Origin: Halocafeteria seosinensis | Taxonomy: Eukaryota | DNA: 64,000 bases | Assembly (NCBI GenBank): GCA_001687465.1 | Contig: LVLI01000281.1 | Location: 62,001 to 126,000, forward strand | Direction of reading: 5' to 3' | Shown: positions 36,131 through 48,556 of the stretch, one piece after another | Layout of the letters: the number at the start of each line of letters is the position of its first letter | How positions within the stretch are numbered: the first letter of the stretch is position 1 | Program-made: the position numbers and the translations under genes | The notes under the pieces: generated by a model | The model's database searches: none | Seen by the model: the letters and a program-made list of their open reading frames with translations, nothing else | Told to the model about the DNA's origin: nothing

Positions 36131-37500
36131 GTGTCACTAGACTTTTTTCAGTCTCTCGGTGAAGTGGGGTTTATCCAGAGGGGCAGAGCGCAGGGGCGAT
36201 CTTCCCAGTCTCGCATGCGGGATGGGATCCGTTTTGCCAAAAAGACACCTCCCATGCTTCGACGCGACTTGACCGAGTTTGCGAGGCGTTTCCTCGCAGA
36301 GAACAACTCGGAGGCAGTGATGAGGAGAGCGGCCATAGTGATAAACTGGCTCGCAGTGGGACGCGCTGATGAAGTCGCTCTGATGACGTGGAATTGCCTG
36401 TCACTTCCCATAACTGGAGAATACCTCACTGCTGATTAAAAGACATCGACATTCCATGACATTTTTTCTGGATAGGTCAAAATATGAGACAGATTACTTG
36501 CACTGCTTAGGTAGTTATCTCATAACCTCTCCTCTCGAGGAAACCATGGTGAGCAACACTTTATTTTCCCACAACTCGACCAAATTGACTACGTGGTTGA
36601 AGGAAAAAGATGAGGAAAAGGTCAATTACGTCGGTACACCTTTGCGCATTGGCGCATCCAATCAAATGGCAAACAATCGGGATGTATTACATCATATAAT
36701 AGCGCGTGGAGGCTGGGAGTGTCAAGGGATCAACAATGTTTTCCACTATCTGCTGTAATTGTTCGAGAGCATAAAAGTAAACGTCGGAGGACGGGTCACA
36801 TTTGTGTGTGTGTGTGAGGACGGGCGTTGGCACGATGGACTGATTATAAAACGGGTGCGTATCTACCCCGCCTCGTATTCACGACTGAGGATAACCGCAA
36901 GGATAGGTATTGAAACTTACACTCATCTCTTTGGACAAAACACGGCAATTTTTCGTGATATTTCGTCAGGATGTACACCGATCACTGGACTGCTTCACGC
37001 GATGTTAGCGAGCCTGCTAATGTACTTCAACGATGTCCTTACGGATTGGGGATCCAAATCTCATATTATTCAGATCACCGACGCCGCATCACAGTCCGGT
37101 ATTCAATACTTAACACTAATCATGTGGGGACGACTTTTCAAAAACGACTTTAACAAGTGCAATCTTGACAATATTTCCACACACACACAAATGTGACAGA
37201 TAGCCCACCGGCCGGGAAGTTATTTCCAGCAGTGGCATTGTAAGTTCTCGTGAGTACTGCACGCGGGTGAGCTGTAAACAATGGGAACACACACACAAAT
37301 ATGGGAACAAGGAGTATAGCAGTTTTCGCAGAGAATACACATATCCTGAGAATCCAGTAAGAATACTATCAACTTCACTCGATATTCCCTTGCAAGTGCT
37401 TCAAGGTAGATGGGTCAGTAAAACGACGCCTTTTCACGCAGTTCAATGCGGGAAAAGCGCCGCTCCAAAAAAAGTTGCTTTTTGCCGATTACGCAATATG
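36131..37500 (+). mobile_element. Pseudogenised tyrosine-recombinase DNA transposon (Crypton-like)
   Basis: Ordered YR motifs GRADE, TPLRIGA, IARGGW and FHYL, interrupted by TAA at 36437, a frameshift near 36450 and TAA at 36756. Confidence 0.7.
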
Positions 37501-39195
37501 TAGCCTATCTTTCACGAAACAAATTAGAGTAATAGTCACTACTTTCAAATCTTCTCTATGCTATAAAAAGATCTGGAGGAGTTACCTGCTGTTTTCGTTG
37601 CAAACCCTATGAAAGCGCTTTGGGAGATTTATCTTTTGCCCGGTCAACGCTTGTACTTGTAGATGCCGCTAAAGCAACCGACTTCCCACTTTTACTCTAA
37701 TAGTGTTTCGTTGAATGCTAGCATTGATTCAGAACGGCACGCGCTAATACATCAATATTTGCTCATGCCTGTAAGCTTCTTGTTGTCTGTTGAGGACATA
37801 GGAGGGGCTACACTAACAGGGATTCGAAGTGTGTACGTAGGACTAAGCACTGAGGGAATGACTGTAATACTGGGCTTCACGCTGCCCAAACGCACACGGC
37901 TACTTCACCCTGTCCGTGTTCTGTGTATGCTCTATTATAATGTACTGACTATATCTCCTTCGCTACTCTGATAGCGTGAGCCCTACGGCAGTTCTGTATA
38001 GTCATGAATTCTGTGTATACGTAGCGTTTTCACAGCCCCCGGGACTTTGATAACAGTACTCGCATTATCTATGGTGTAATCAACGCAATAATGGCCGACT
38101 GAATAAGCGCATGTCCTCATGTATGCCTTCGTTTTCCCACTCTCAACGCACAATACCACAAAGATGATCCGATATTCCGGTATGCAAAGTGTCGATGGAC
38201 GAGTTTGTGGGGCTAAGACATGCCACTTTGGACCTTGACATCCCTTCAATTCTGCCGACACAGCCAGTTCAGGAATGACGAATTGTAGTTGGACTTGCAA
38301 GTGGTCCCTATCTCTGCAAACGTCCAGTACCACTGTGTGACCGGAGGTCAGCCACGTGACGCTTTTCGCCCATGTTGTACAAGAACAATGATACCCAGCC
38401 ACCGGTTAGGTCTTAAAGAAGGTCCCAGTTACAAGCTCCCAGTATAGATCCCATTGCCGCGCGTTTAGGCAGGGCTCAGTTCCAAAGTGTCTTAGCATGG
38501 CGAGGAAGCCGAAACACTGCAAGTAGATGTGGCCCCTACCGTTCACCATAGCACAGTCTCGAATAACTGCATTCGCATGTCTCTTTCAGTAAGTACTGTG
38601 TACGAAGCAACAAATTAGGCTCCCCAAACCCGCGGGGCAAGTGGGGTCCGAATTCGGCATATTTTAGAGTACACATATGTGTGGAGTTCGTCTCGGCATA
38701 AATAACGACGACAACGATAGGCACCTAGTACAAGCCGGTTTTTGTTATACAAGAATCTGTAAACAGATTGTGTATCACTTCGCCGCATGCCATTTCCGCA
38801 TGCGTCTCTTGAAGTTACTCTCTGTCTGGAAATTCCTCTGTAGAATGCTGCGCAAGTAATGCCCAATACGGCGATAGTTTGTGTGTACGGCGTATGAAGG
38901 GAGGCGTAGCCTCGGCTGACGGGCGCTTACTATAGTTGAGGTTGAATGTGTACAGTGTACACGGAATTCCTCTGCCTGGAATGTTCCATCATTCGACCTC
39001 TCAACTTCAACCTCTCGGAACTTTTAGACGCGTTGCATCTTACAGAAGGAACTAGAACGATAGAATTGTTGATGGCAATCTTTTATAAACTCGCGGGTAT
39101 ACGTAGAGCAGATTGTTGCTTTTGTATATACTTGATAAAGTGCCTAAATCACTGCGTTATTCTTTGTGGAGAAAGGAGACGTCGAACGAAGCAGA

Positions 39196-42098
39196 ATGTC
39201 GGTAGTAGGAGTAGATATAGGAAATGCAAATTTCCTCGTGGCAAGTGTCAAGAGAGGAGGCGTGGATGTGGTCCTCAATGAGAACTCCCAGAGGGTAAAC
39301 CCGTACGTATACGCAGTTTGCACCATTTGTTCTATTTTTTGAAATTCGACAGACAGGGACAGTGGATTTCCCTGCTAGGGGTGGTGTAGGGGGAGCAATT
39401 GCCCAGATGCTTTTTGTGGTTTCCTTCCCAGTGACACAGCGACTTTGACCGACTTTCTTCCATGTTTTGCAGTTGTTTGGTATCATTTGGAGGTGCTGAA
39501 CGATATTTGGGGGACCAGGCTTCCACACAAGTGCGTATGAACTACAAGAACACTGTGACGGACATTAAGCGCCTAATTGGAAGGAAGCGCTCGGACCCTG
39601 CTGTCGAACACGAAGTGCAAAACTTCTTAAATTACGAAGTTACTTCGGACAACAACGATGAAGTTTTGATCAAAGTCAACTACAATGAAGAAGAAAAGCA
39701 CTTCACTCCCCAACAGATTTATGCTATGCTGCTCCAAAAAGTCAAAGAAATAATCGCTGATTCTGCGGCTAACGATGCAAAGGCGGCAGGAGTAGCCAAA
39801 GACAATGAATCCGCCAAGAATGCGGGAATTTCTGTAGCGAACAATATGGATCTGGTTCTTTCAGTTCCAGCATACTTTACCAACAGGATGCGTCAGGCTC
39901 TTCTTGACGCCTGCAAAATTGCTAAGGTTAACTGCCTACGACTTATCCATGAGTCTACCGCCATTGCACTAAGTTATGGCATCTTCAAGTCAGCGAAGCG
40001 CGAATTTTCAGATGATCAAGATACTAAGGTGATGTTCATTGATGCTGGACATTCCAATCTGACCGCATCGGTAGTTTCGTTCCGTAACGGAGCGCTTAAA
40101 GTGCTTTCCACAGCATGCGATCCCTATTGCGGTAGCCGAGACATTGATCAGGCTCTCGGAAAGCACTTCGCCGACGAATTCCGACAGAAAACAGGTTTGG
40201 ATGCTTGGAGCAAACCGAAGGCTCGCATTAAATTTCTGAACCAAGCTGAGCGTACCAAGAAGACCTTAAGCCCCTACGGTGTCGATAAAGCTCCTGTGAA
40301 TATTGAGTGCGTAATGGAGGATCAGGACTACTTCAGCACGATGGATATTGAGACCTTTGAGAAAATCGCCCAACCGGTTGCTGACAGGGTACCTGCAGTT
40401 ATACATCGCGCTCTGAACGTAGCAGGGGTTACTGCTAAGGACTTGACCAACGTGGAGGTAGTGGGCGGCGGATCCCGGCCTCGTATTGTTAAGCGTCGAA
40501 TGGCGGAGGCCTTGAATATGAAAATTGATGACAAGGAAGGTCACGAGTTAAGTACCACTCTAAATCAGGATGAGGCTGTTTCGCGAGGCACTGGATTGCA
40601 GTGTGCCATTCTTAGCCCGAAATTTAGAGTGAAACCCTTCGATATCGAAGATACTGTGTCTTATCCAATTAGAGTTTCTTGGGACCCCGATTCTAGCGAC
40701 TCAGAACAATCTGACAACTCTCTGGTGATTTTTAAGCCAGGCGACACCTTCCCAGCCACAAAACGTGTGACTTTCAAGCGTTGGGGCAGTTTCACGATTT
40801 TCGCCGAGTATCTCAAGGAGGCAACCGAAAAGCAGGGTCTAGATTTCCCTGAAGGACAACCGACAGACATCGCGAAGTTCGCAATCGATGGAGTTCAGAA
40901 GCCGGCTGATGCTGATGAGAACACTCAGCCACCCAAGATTCGTGTGGACATCAGATTAGATCTCTCTGGCTGCGTCCAACTTGTCAAAGCAGAATACTTG
41001 CAAGAAGTCTTCGAAACTGCTCCTCCAACTCCGAGTCCTCAGTCCCAAGAAGAGAATGCTGATAAGCCTATGAAGGGCACCGAAGAGAACACTGAAGGTA
41101 AGGGCGAGGGCGAGCAGCAGCAAGAACAAGGGAAGCAAAGGGAAGAGGATGACAAAGAGATGACAGGTGAAAAGTCTGAAGAACAACAGAAAACGGAAAA
41201 AGAACAGGAAAAGGACACAAATAACAAAGAAGAGAAGGAAAAGAAGAAAAAGCGTGTGAAACGTCATGATGTAGGCTTCAAGACTGTAAAACTCGATGGT
41301 GAAGGTGGGCTTGAAAATAAGACGCTTGAAACCGCGATCAATGATGAGCTCGCGATGTACGAAAGAGATAGAGAAATTCGAGCGACACAAGATATGCGAA
41401 ATGACTTAGAAACATACATCTATGGCATGCGGTCCGCCTTACAGGATAAGTACTTTGAATACGCCTCGAAAGAGGAGAGTCAGACGCTACAAGGTAGTTT
41501 AGACACAACCGAAAATTGGCTGTACGAAGACGGGTTTGATGCCACTAAGGAGCAGTATCGAAGCCAGTTGAATGAGCTCCGCAAAGTCGGTGACCCTATA
41601 GAGAAGAGAAAGTGGGAGGAAGAGAACCGCGAAGCGGAGGTTAATAACTTGCTTACGGTAATAGAACAGTACAAAACTGTGCTCTCCTCCACCGATGCGA
41701 AGTATGAGCATTTATCCGATTCGGATCGCGATACTTTGCGAGCTGCTACTAAAGAGGTAGAGGAATGGTTACGAACGAAGCAAGATGAGCAGGGGGCGAA
41801 AGCGAAACACCACGACCCAGCGTATACAGTCAAGGATATGCGTGAAAAATTGGATCGATTGCATAGGGAGTGCGCTCCGATCAAGAATAAGCCGAAGCCG
41901 AATCCACCAAAACCAAAGAAACAGGCTGAGGAGAAGAAGGAAAATCAAGACCAAGAGGAAAACAAGGGAGAGAATGATGTTAACATGGATGGTGAAGAAA
42001 CATCCCCGGCTGAGCAGAATGGTGGGAATAAAGGTGAAGAGACACCGCAAGAGACGAACGGCGGTGGGGAAAACGATGCCGAAATGCAAGGGAATTAG
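39196..42098 (+). CDS. HSPH1: Hsp110/SSE family chaperone; intron 39303-39472
   Basis: MSVVGVDIG, GGVDVVLNE..R.NP|CLVSF, LRLIHESTAIALSYG, acidic loop, RNDLETYIY, ENWLYEDG. Confidence 0.93.
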
Positions 42099-42180
42099 TT
42101 AGCTTCATACATAACAATAAACGCGTGTATATTTCATCCGGTTAGTTGTCTTGAGCACCAAACGAGTGTAGTACTTTTGA

Positions 42181-43758
42181 TCACTGCTGTTTACATTCTG
42201 GCGGCTGCTCCTCTTGCGCGTTAGCTCCCGATGACTGTGCTTGGAATTGGTTTGCTATGGCTGAAAAATCGTTGTTACCACTGCCTTGGGAAAATGCCGC
42301 CTTGATTGCTTCACGAACGTCTTCCTCGCCTTCTTCATCAGACGAATCCTCTTCGTCGTCTTCTTCCAAGGTAGGAGCCTCATCATCGTCCTCCTCCTCC
42401 TCGTCCTCTACCTCGTAATCCTCGTCTCCCATTTCTCCATTATAGCATTTGACAGCACTAGGGATTACTTGATCCTGCTTGCCAGAAAAAAGCACAAAGA
42501 GTTTCACAATGAAGAAAACGAGGTGAGCTCCCAGATAAGAGGTAGGTGCATACCTTAATCGCCATAGCAATATCTACATCCGACTGAAGCCGATACTCCA
42601 ACTCTTCAGCTTCGTCTTCCTCCATTTCGTACACATTTTCGATCGTAAATTGATCGAAGAACCGGAAAAAGCTGCAATTTGACATCGCGATGGATTACCA
42701 CACACACACCTCTGTACCAACATTCCAGAGAACTCACCTTTCCCGTTTCTCCGACTTATTTGAGCCTTTCTTTCCCTTTCGTCCTTTCTTCTTTTTCTGT
42801 TGTACGGTGACGTCTTTTCCGGGACACCACTCAATATCGCACCTGCCAAATCAAAAATAGTAAGCATAGAGAGCACACGACTCGTGGAAAGAGCGACTCA
42901 CCCGGCGATTCGAGTAGGATCCGGAGAGGCGTAAGCCGGGTCATACATATTGTTGATGGGTATCTCTTTCGTGAGAACGGAGTTCTTGAAGTACGGATTG
43001 GAAGCAAAGTGGAACGACAATTTGAACCCATTCATATCCTCTAAATGACTCCATTCGATATCTTCCAGATATTGGAGTACATCCTCATCCCATTCTTCAA
43101 TATAATCTGTGATTTCACCATGCTGCTGCAATGCTTTCAGCCAAAATCCTGGCACTCCATTGCTTGCAGCTTCTTCATGATTGCCTTGTATAATAGCTCG
43201 ACGTTTACTCAAGTGGGGAAGCATATCTGAGAGATACTTTTCCGCTAACTTTTTTCGCTCTTCCACAAACTGCTCCTTGATTTTGTCGAGTTCTGTTTGA
43301 ATCTCCTCCAACTTTTGAATGTTCTTTTCCACATTGGGATCACTCTCTTTTTGTGCCGTACTTCCTCCTTCTCCAGTTCCAGCGGTCGTCAAGGTCGTGG
43401 TGGCGTTCGAAATGGCACCAGCGGTGGTAGACGAACTGGAGGATGCGGGGTCCGTGGACGTTGCCTGACTAGTTTCTGCCATGGTTGTGCTCTGGAAATG
43501 TTCCTGTAAAGCAAATACAGATATACAGCAAAATGAACAGGACCTATAGGTCCCCCAAGTTCAATAAACTTCCATATCTATCTTACCGCCAAACGATCGA
43601 CTGCAAGGATCAAACACATAGTAGGGAATATATAAACACATAAATTTGCCACATATTGGGTCGTATAACGTACAGGGAGAAGCTGGAGTAAAGGCTGAAG
43701 TTGGAGCTGCTGGGGTGCTGCTGCTCTGCGGCGCCCCTCCTTTCTTTTTCCGTCCCAT
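42181..43758 (-). CDS. NAP1: Nucleosome assembly protein 1 (NAP1), multi-exon, including a 14-nt microexon
   Basis: Motifs GVPGFWLKAL, F.F..NPYFKNSVLTK, G|CDIEW..GKDVT and SFFRFF; acidic tail ending ECKQQ. Confidence 0.9.
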
Positions 43759-43965
43759 TGCTGTCTATTCACCACAAGGTAGAACCCTCGAAAAGTAACT
43801 ACCGATAACTGTCTCTTTGCTGTTTATCAACACTCACAAGGGACATCAATCTGCAGCAGAAGAGCACACCCCGTCGGGAGGACGGAGTCACCTCAACCTC
43901 TGGGGGGCAAGTTGCGAAGTTGCGAGGTCCGACCCGGAGGTCGCTCGTGTCAATCCCGGGTTCCC

Positions 43966-44059
43966 GGCGCTGTAGGACCCTCTGGACGGAGGACCGAAGG
44001 AACTTTAGACGAGGCGCTGTCGGACCCTCTGGACGGAGCACCGAAGGAACTTTAGACGA
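43966..44059. repeat. Two tandem 47-bp units (45/47 identical)
   Basis: ggcgctgt[a/c]ggaccctctggacggag[g/c]accgaaggaactttagacga at 43966-44012 and 44013-44059. Confidence 0.95.
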
Positions 44060-44930
44060 CATTGTACTACAATGATTGTAGGATGTATTGTGACAATTGG
44101 CCTGGCTCATGTTGTTCTACGGACGCAAGATGAACATGCAAATGGAGCTTTTTCGCCGGCCATACAGTAAGCAGCCGGAAGACGCTGCTTCTATGTGGTG
44201 GAGGCCATGTTCCCATGATATGAGCGCATCCAGGGATGTTTCACGTAATAGAATGTATGATTCTTGTGTCTATTCCAGCATGCGCAACAACGTGTGTTCG
44301 TAGGAGATGATTATGGTGCAGTAACGCGCTTTGAAATCAAAAAAGGACGCACTCAAAACCTGATGGAGCCATTTTAGGTCCATTCCGGCTGAGCATGATG
44401 ATGATCGTTTCTATCAAGCATCTGTTGGATTCTGTGTGTACAGAGGGTATTTCTCTTGGAAGCTTCATTTTCCGACAGTCGGAAACTTGAAAATATCGAT
44501 GGGACAGTTGAGTCAACGATCTAGAATAGATACTGTATAGTTTATTTAGCCACCTTAACCGAAGTTGACCGTTAGTAGGGAAGAGGTTGGCTGTCTTTGA
44601 TGGAAGACTTGGTCGGCGTGTGCCAGCTGCCGCAAAATTAGAGTGACGGTCGCCTGTGGCTCGAAGCGAGGCACGTCGATTTACTATACAACACAGCGAG
44701 TATGTGGATGTTTGCTTGGTTCTGTACCGACAACTTCACGTGATATTTTGTATTTTAATTTGTGCTGTCGTCGAACTAGTTGGGCATTTCGTTTTCCCTC
44801 TTTGATTTCTACAAAACGCCGGTTGGATGGATGAACTCATTAACGTACACAATACACACCATCCTGGTAAATTCCCCTGAAGAGAATGAAAAGCGTGTCA
44901 GTGCATTATGCTACCATAATGAAAAAATCC

Positions 44931-47648
44931 TTAGGCTTCGTTTCCGGCTTCTTTGCCTTCTTCCTCGTCGATCTGGATGTCACCTGCTTCGGCTCCTCCG
45001 GCTTCCTCTGATGTAGCTTGAGCGCCGCTGTTTTGCATGTTCTTGTGGGCCTTGGACATTTCCTCCTGAGCAAGTTTTTCGCGTTTATCCTGGGATTTTT
45101 TGAAGATGTTCGTCAAGACGATCAGCGCAAATCCAACGACAACAAAGACGATGACCGCGATCCACCACCGATCTTCGTGAAAAGATTTTCTTTCGAAAGT
45201 AGGTGCCAACACAAGGGAGACAACTGACATCAACTTGATCAAAATGTTCAAAGATGGACCGGAAGTGTCCTTGAACGGATCACCGACGGTGTCACCAACG
45301 ACAACGGGGTCGTGACGTTCTTTGTACAGTTCTACTAGTTCCTTTGCCAATTCTTCGATCTTACTGTCATCCCCATCGTAGTCCTCTGCAGACTGATGTT
45401 CCTTAAGCAGCTGTTTCAAGTTGCCATTGCGTGCAACCTCCTTGGCAATCGCTGCTTTCTTTACACCGAAACCACTGTAGTCAAGAACGGTTTCTCCTTC
45501 TTCGTTCTTTACGGGTTCACCTTCGGATGCACATTTCTCTACCCACTTCTTGGCGTTATCCCAAGCTCCACCAGCATTGGCCATAGTCAATGCAAGCATG
45601 AAGCCTGAGCTCAATGCGCCGACCAGTAGGCCAGCTAGTGACGGTGCGCCCAGCAAGTACCCAAGGACGGCAGGGGAAAACACCGCCAAGGTTCCAGGAA
45701 GCACCATCTCTTGGATGGCTGAAGTTGTAGCAATTTGGACACATCGCTCACTGTCGGGGAAGTATCGGGTCTCTCCACCGCACGGGACTTGGAGTTTCCC
45801 GAAATGATGATCGTTCTCGTCCTTCACCTGAAGCGCATCGAACTCCTTGTCGTAGTCCTCTTCAGATTGCCCAGGTTTCATCATAAGTTGTGGACATTGT
45901 GCGAATTGAAGCCGGACTTCCGAGATCATCGCTCGTGCAGACTTATCTACAGACAACATTGTTAAGGCAGCAAACAAGAAGGGCAACATGGCACCGATCA
46001 ATGAGCCGACGACCACGTTCGGGTCTCTCAAGGAAATTCTCTCAGGAGAAAGACCAGTTTCCTGCAAGTAAGCTTGAATCAAACCGACCGATGTAAGTAC
46101 AGCAGAGCCAATAGCAAAACCCTTTCCAGTGGCAGCGGTTGTGTTGCCAAGCGAGTCCAAGGAGTCGGTCCTGTCACGAACCTCATCACCAAGCCCAGCC
46201 ATTTCTGCGATCCCCCCAGCGTTATCGGCCACAGGACCATACGCGTCGGTAGCGAGTGTGATTCCCAGAGTGGACAGGAGGCCAACAGCGGCGAGCGAAA
46301 TTCCGTACAGATTCGCTTGGTCAGGAGCAATCTCATTACAAGCGACTATCACCACAGAGAGAGCTAAAGTAGGTACTACGACAGAGATCATACCCACACC
46401 GAATCCCTTGATAATAACGGGTGCTTCTCCGAATTTAGCTGCAGCCGAAATTTCTCTGGTCGGCTGATCTTCGTAGCTCGTGCAGTACTCTGTGAATTTA
46501 CCAACGACTTCACCAGCAACAAGACCGATGAGCACGCATCCCCACAGACGCATCCCTTCATCCGGTTCGAAGAGTGTGAGACACGGGATCAAGCAAAGAA
46601 GCATCACTAGAACCATGGCAGTGTAGATACCCCTGCTGAGTGTAGATAGAAGCTTCGAAAGGGGCGCGTTCTCATCAAGCTTACTGTAGACAACCACAGC
46701 AGTTCCGATCAGGGAGGCTACAATTCCCATTGAAGCAATCCAAAACGGAAGGGCGACATAGTTCGGCTTCAAAGGCCCTAAGATCCCATCTCCGAGGGTA
46801 CTTGTTGCAATGATCGATCCCACGAAAGACTCAAAAAGATCTGCACCCATGCCGGCTACATCACCGACGTTGTCACCAACGTTGTCTGCAATTACAGCAG
46901 GGTTTCTCGGGTCATCTTCAGGGATACCTTGTTCAACTTTGCCGACGAGATCGGCTCCAACGTCAGCTGCTTTCGTGAAAACACCGCCTCCAACACGAGC
47001 AAACAGAGCAATGCATGAAGCTCCAAACCCGAAACCGGAGAGGTAGTTCCACGTGTTGTCTCTGTGATCAAGAATGATGAACATGATCGTTAGACCGAGA
47101 AGTCCGAGTCCTACAACAGAGTTGGACATCACAGCTCCAGAAGCGAAGGAAGTCCTCAGACCAGAGCTAATGTCATTGGTGCAGGCAAAGCAAGTGGTCG
47201 CATTGGCTTTGGTAGCAATTATCATACCAATGTATCCCGCTGCGGCGGAGAGAGACGCTCCCACTACAAGACACACCGCAGTAAGGAGACCTCGCTCTTC
47301 ATCGCTGTCTTGAATAAGGATCACACTGATAGCCCCAAATACAACCAACACAAACAACGACAGGTAAAAGTACTCGGTGTGCAAAAAGGAAGTTGCTCCT
47401 TCGTTGATAAACTTCTGCAATCGCTTGACTTCCTTGGTTTGAGCTTCATCGCACCTGTGCTCTTTCATGTATTTAGCATCGAGGCTCTGCGATGAATACA
47501 ATGATAGCTTGAAGAACTCGCAATAGCGGATGTGAAAGACCATTCTTAGTGGACATACCTCTGACACGAAATACATAGCGGCAACCAGCGCTAGTGCGCC
47601 GGCCCCAATGGCAATGATGGCTGCAATCCAACAATAACGACGATTCAT
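44931..47648 (-). CDS. hppA: Membrane-integral cation-pumping pyrophosphatase, K+-dependent type; likely in-frame intron near 47487-47558
   Basis: Motifs [50 protein letters not shown] and [14 protein letters not shown]. Confidence 0.95.
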   Translation of the reverse strand: MNRRYCWIAAIIAIGAGALALVAAMYFVSEVCPLRMVFHIRYCEFFKLSLYSSQSLDAKYMKEHRCDEAQTKEVKRLQKFINEGATSFLHTEYFYLSLFVLVVFGAISVILIQDSDEERGLLTAVCLVVGASLSAAAGYIGMIIATKANATTCFACTNDISSGLRTSFASGAVMSNSVVGLGLLGLTIMFIILDHRDNTWNYLSGFGFGASCIALFARVGGGVFTKAADVGADLVGKVEQGIPEDDPRNPAVIADNVGDNVGDVAGMGADLFESFVGSIIATSTLGDGILGPLKPNYVALPFWIASMGIVASLIGTAVVVYSKLDENAPLSKLLSTLSRGIYTAMVLVMLLCLIPCLTLFEPDEGMRLWGCVLIGLVAGEVVGKFTEYCTSYEDQPTREISAAAKFGEAPVIIKGFGVGMISVVVPTLALSVVIVACNEIAPDQANLYGISLAAVGLLSTLGITLATDAYGPVADNAGGIAEMAGLGDEVRDRTDSLDSLGNTTAATGKGFAIGSAVLTSVGLIQAYLQETGLSPERISLRDPNVVVGSLIGAMLPFLFAALTMLSVDKSARAMISEVRLQFAQCPQLMMKPGQSEEDYDKEFDALQVKDENDHHFGKLQVPCGGETRYFPDSERCVQIATTSAIQEMVLPGTLAVFSPAVLGYLLGAPSLAGLLVGALSSGFMLALTMANAGGAWDNAKKWVEKCASEGEPVKNEEGETVLDYSGFGVKKAAIAKEVARNGNLKQLLKEHQSAEDYDGDDSKIEELAKELVELYKERHDPVVVGDTVGDPFKDTSGPSLNILIKLMSVVSLVLAPTFERKSFHEDRWWIAVIVFVVVGFALIVLTNIFKKSQDKREKLAQEEMSKAHKNMQNSGAQATSEEAGGAEAGDIQIDEEEGKEAGNEA

Positions 47649-48556
47649 ACAGTGAAAAAGATTAAAAGCTTATTCCAGAATGTCCGGGACAATTCCGGAG
47701 TGACACCCCCGGAAGAACATCCAGTCTCGCAACCCCATGTTCTTCCGCCAACACTATTCAGGCTATATCTTTCGGACCAGTCTCAATCCGGATACAAAAT
47801 GTTTAGTCATACATGTCACTCAATGGAAACTTGCCCATGCTTGCAAGAGAACACCACTCCCGTTAAAACCCAGAACATTCCATCAGATCCCCCTTACTCT
47901 TCCCTCAGGATCCTTTTTTGTAGTTTTCGGGCACCTTAGTACGTGTCCCTATGCTTCATGGTTGTGCCGTTTGCTTCACCAACGCAAAGCAGAGCATAAC
48001 TGAGATTGGGGTCAATAGCTTACCCTGAGCGGCTAAATCGGGGTCCTCAATGGGGGGACTCATTTTTCAGCCTCGTCTTTTCTTGATCGAACAACAGCGC
48101 GCAAAAAAAGGGACAAGATCCGCGGTATCTTGTTTGTCTTTCCTTTTTCTTGGTTCAATGCCACACAGCTTTCGGTCGCCAGGGCACGATATCTCCTTCT
48201 CTCTCTGTTTCGGTCACAAACAGGGAGCACGACGTCGGAATCAATCCAATGTCCATCGATTTTACTGTTATGGGTCGGGATCCAAACACTCTGGGGCGGG
48301 CAGTGGTGGGGCTGTGTCCCGGACATCCCGCGCCGTCTGTGTCCCTCGTTAGCGTGAGAAGTTATATGCAGGAAGGAGCGAATACAACGTATGGCATCAG
48401 TATGAAAATTTCGACCCTTTCGATTGATGTCGGAAGACGAAATACTATGGTGTGCCCAAGACGGTTCTCTACTAATCAGATCTTGTCGCACATTGCAATA
48501 GCGTCATACCCTACAAATGTTCATCTTGTACCATTTGGCAATACCGCCCACTATTA

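Noticed and set aside
43966..44059. CRISPR-like repeat
   Set aside because: Only two adjacent units with no spacer, in a eukaryotic context with no cas genes.
45018..47495. Many antisense ORFs over the PPase gene (also over Hsp110 and UGGT)
   Set aside because: Shadow ORFs from codon bias of the real opposite-strand genes; no motifs.
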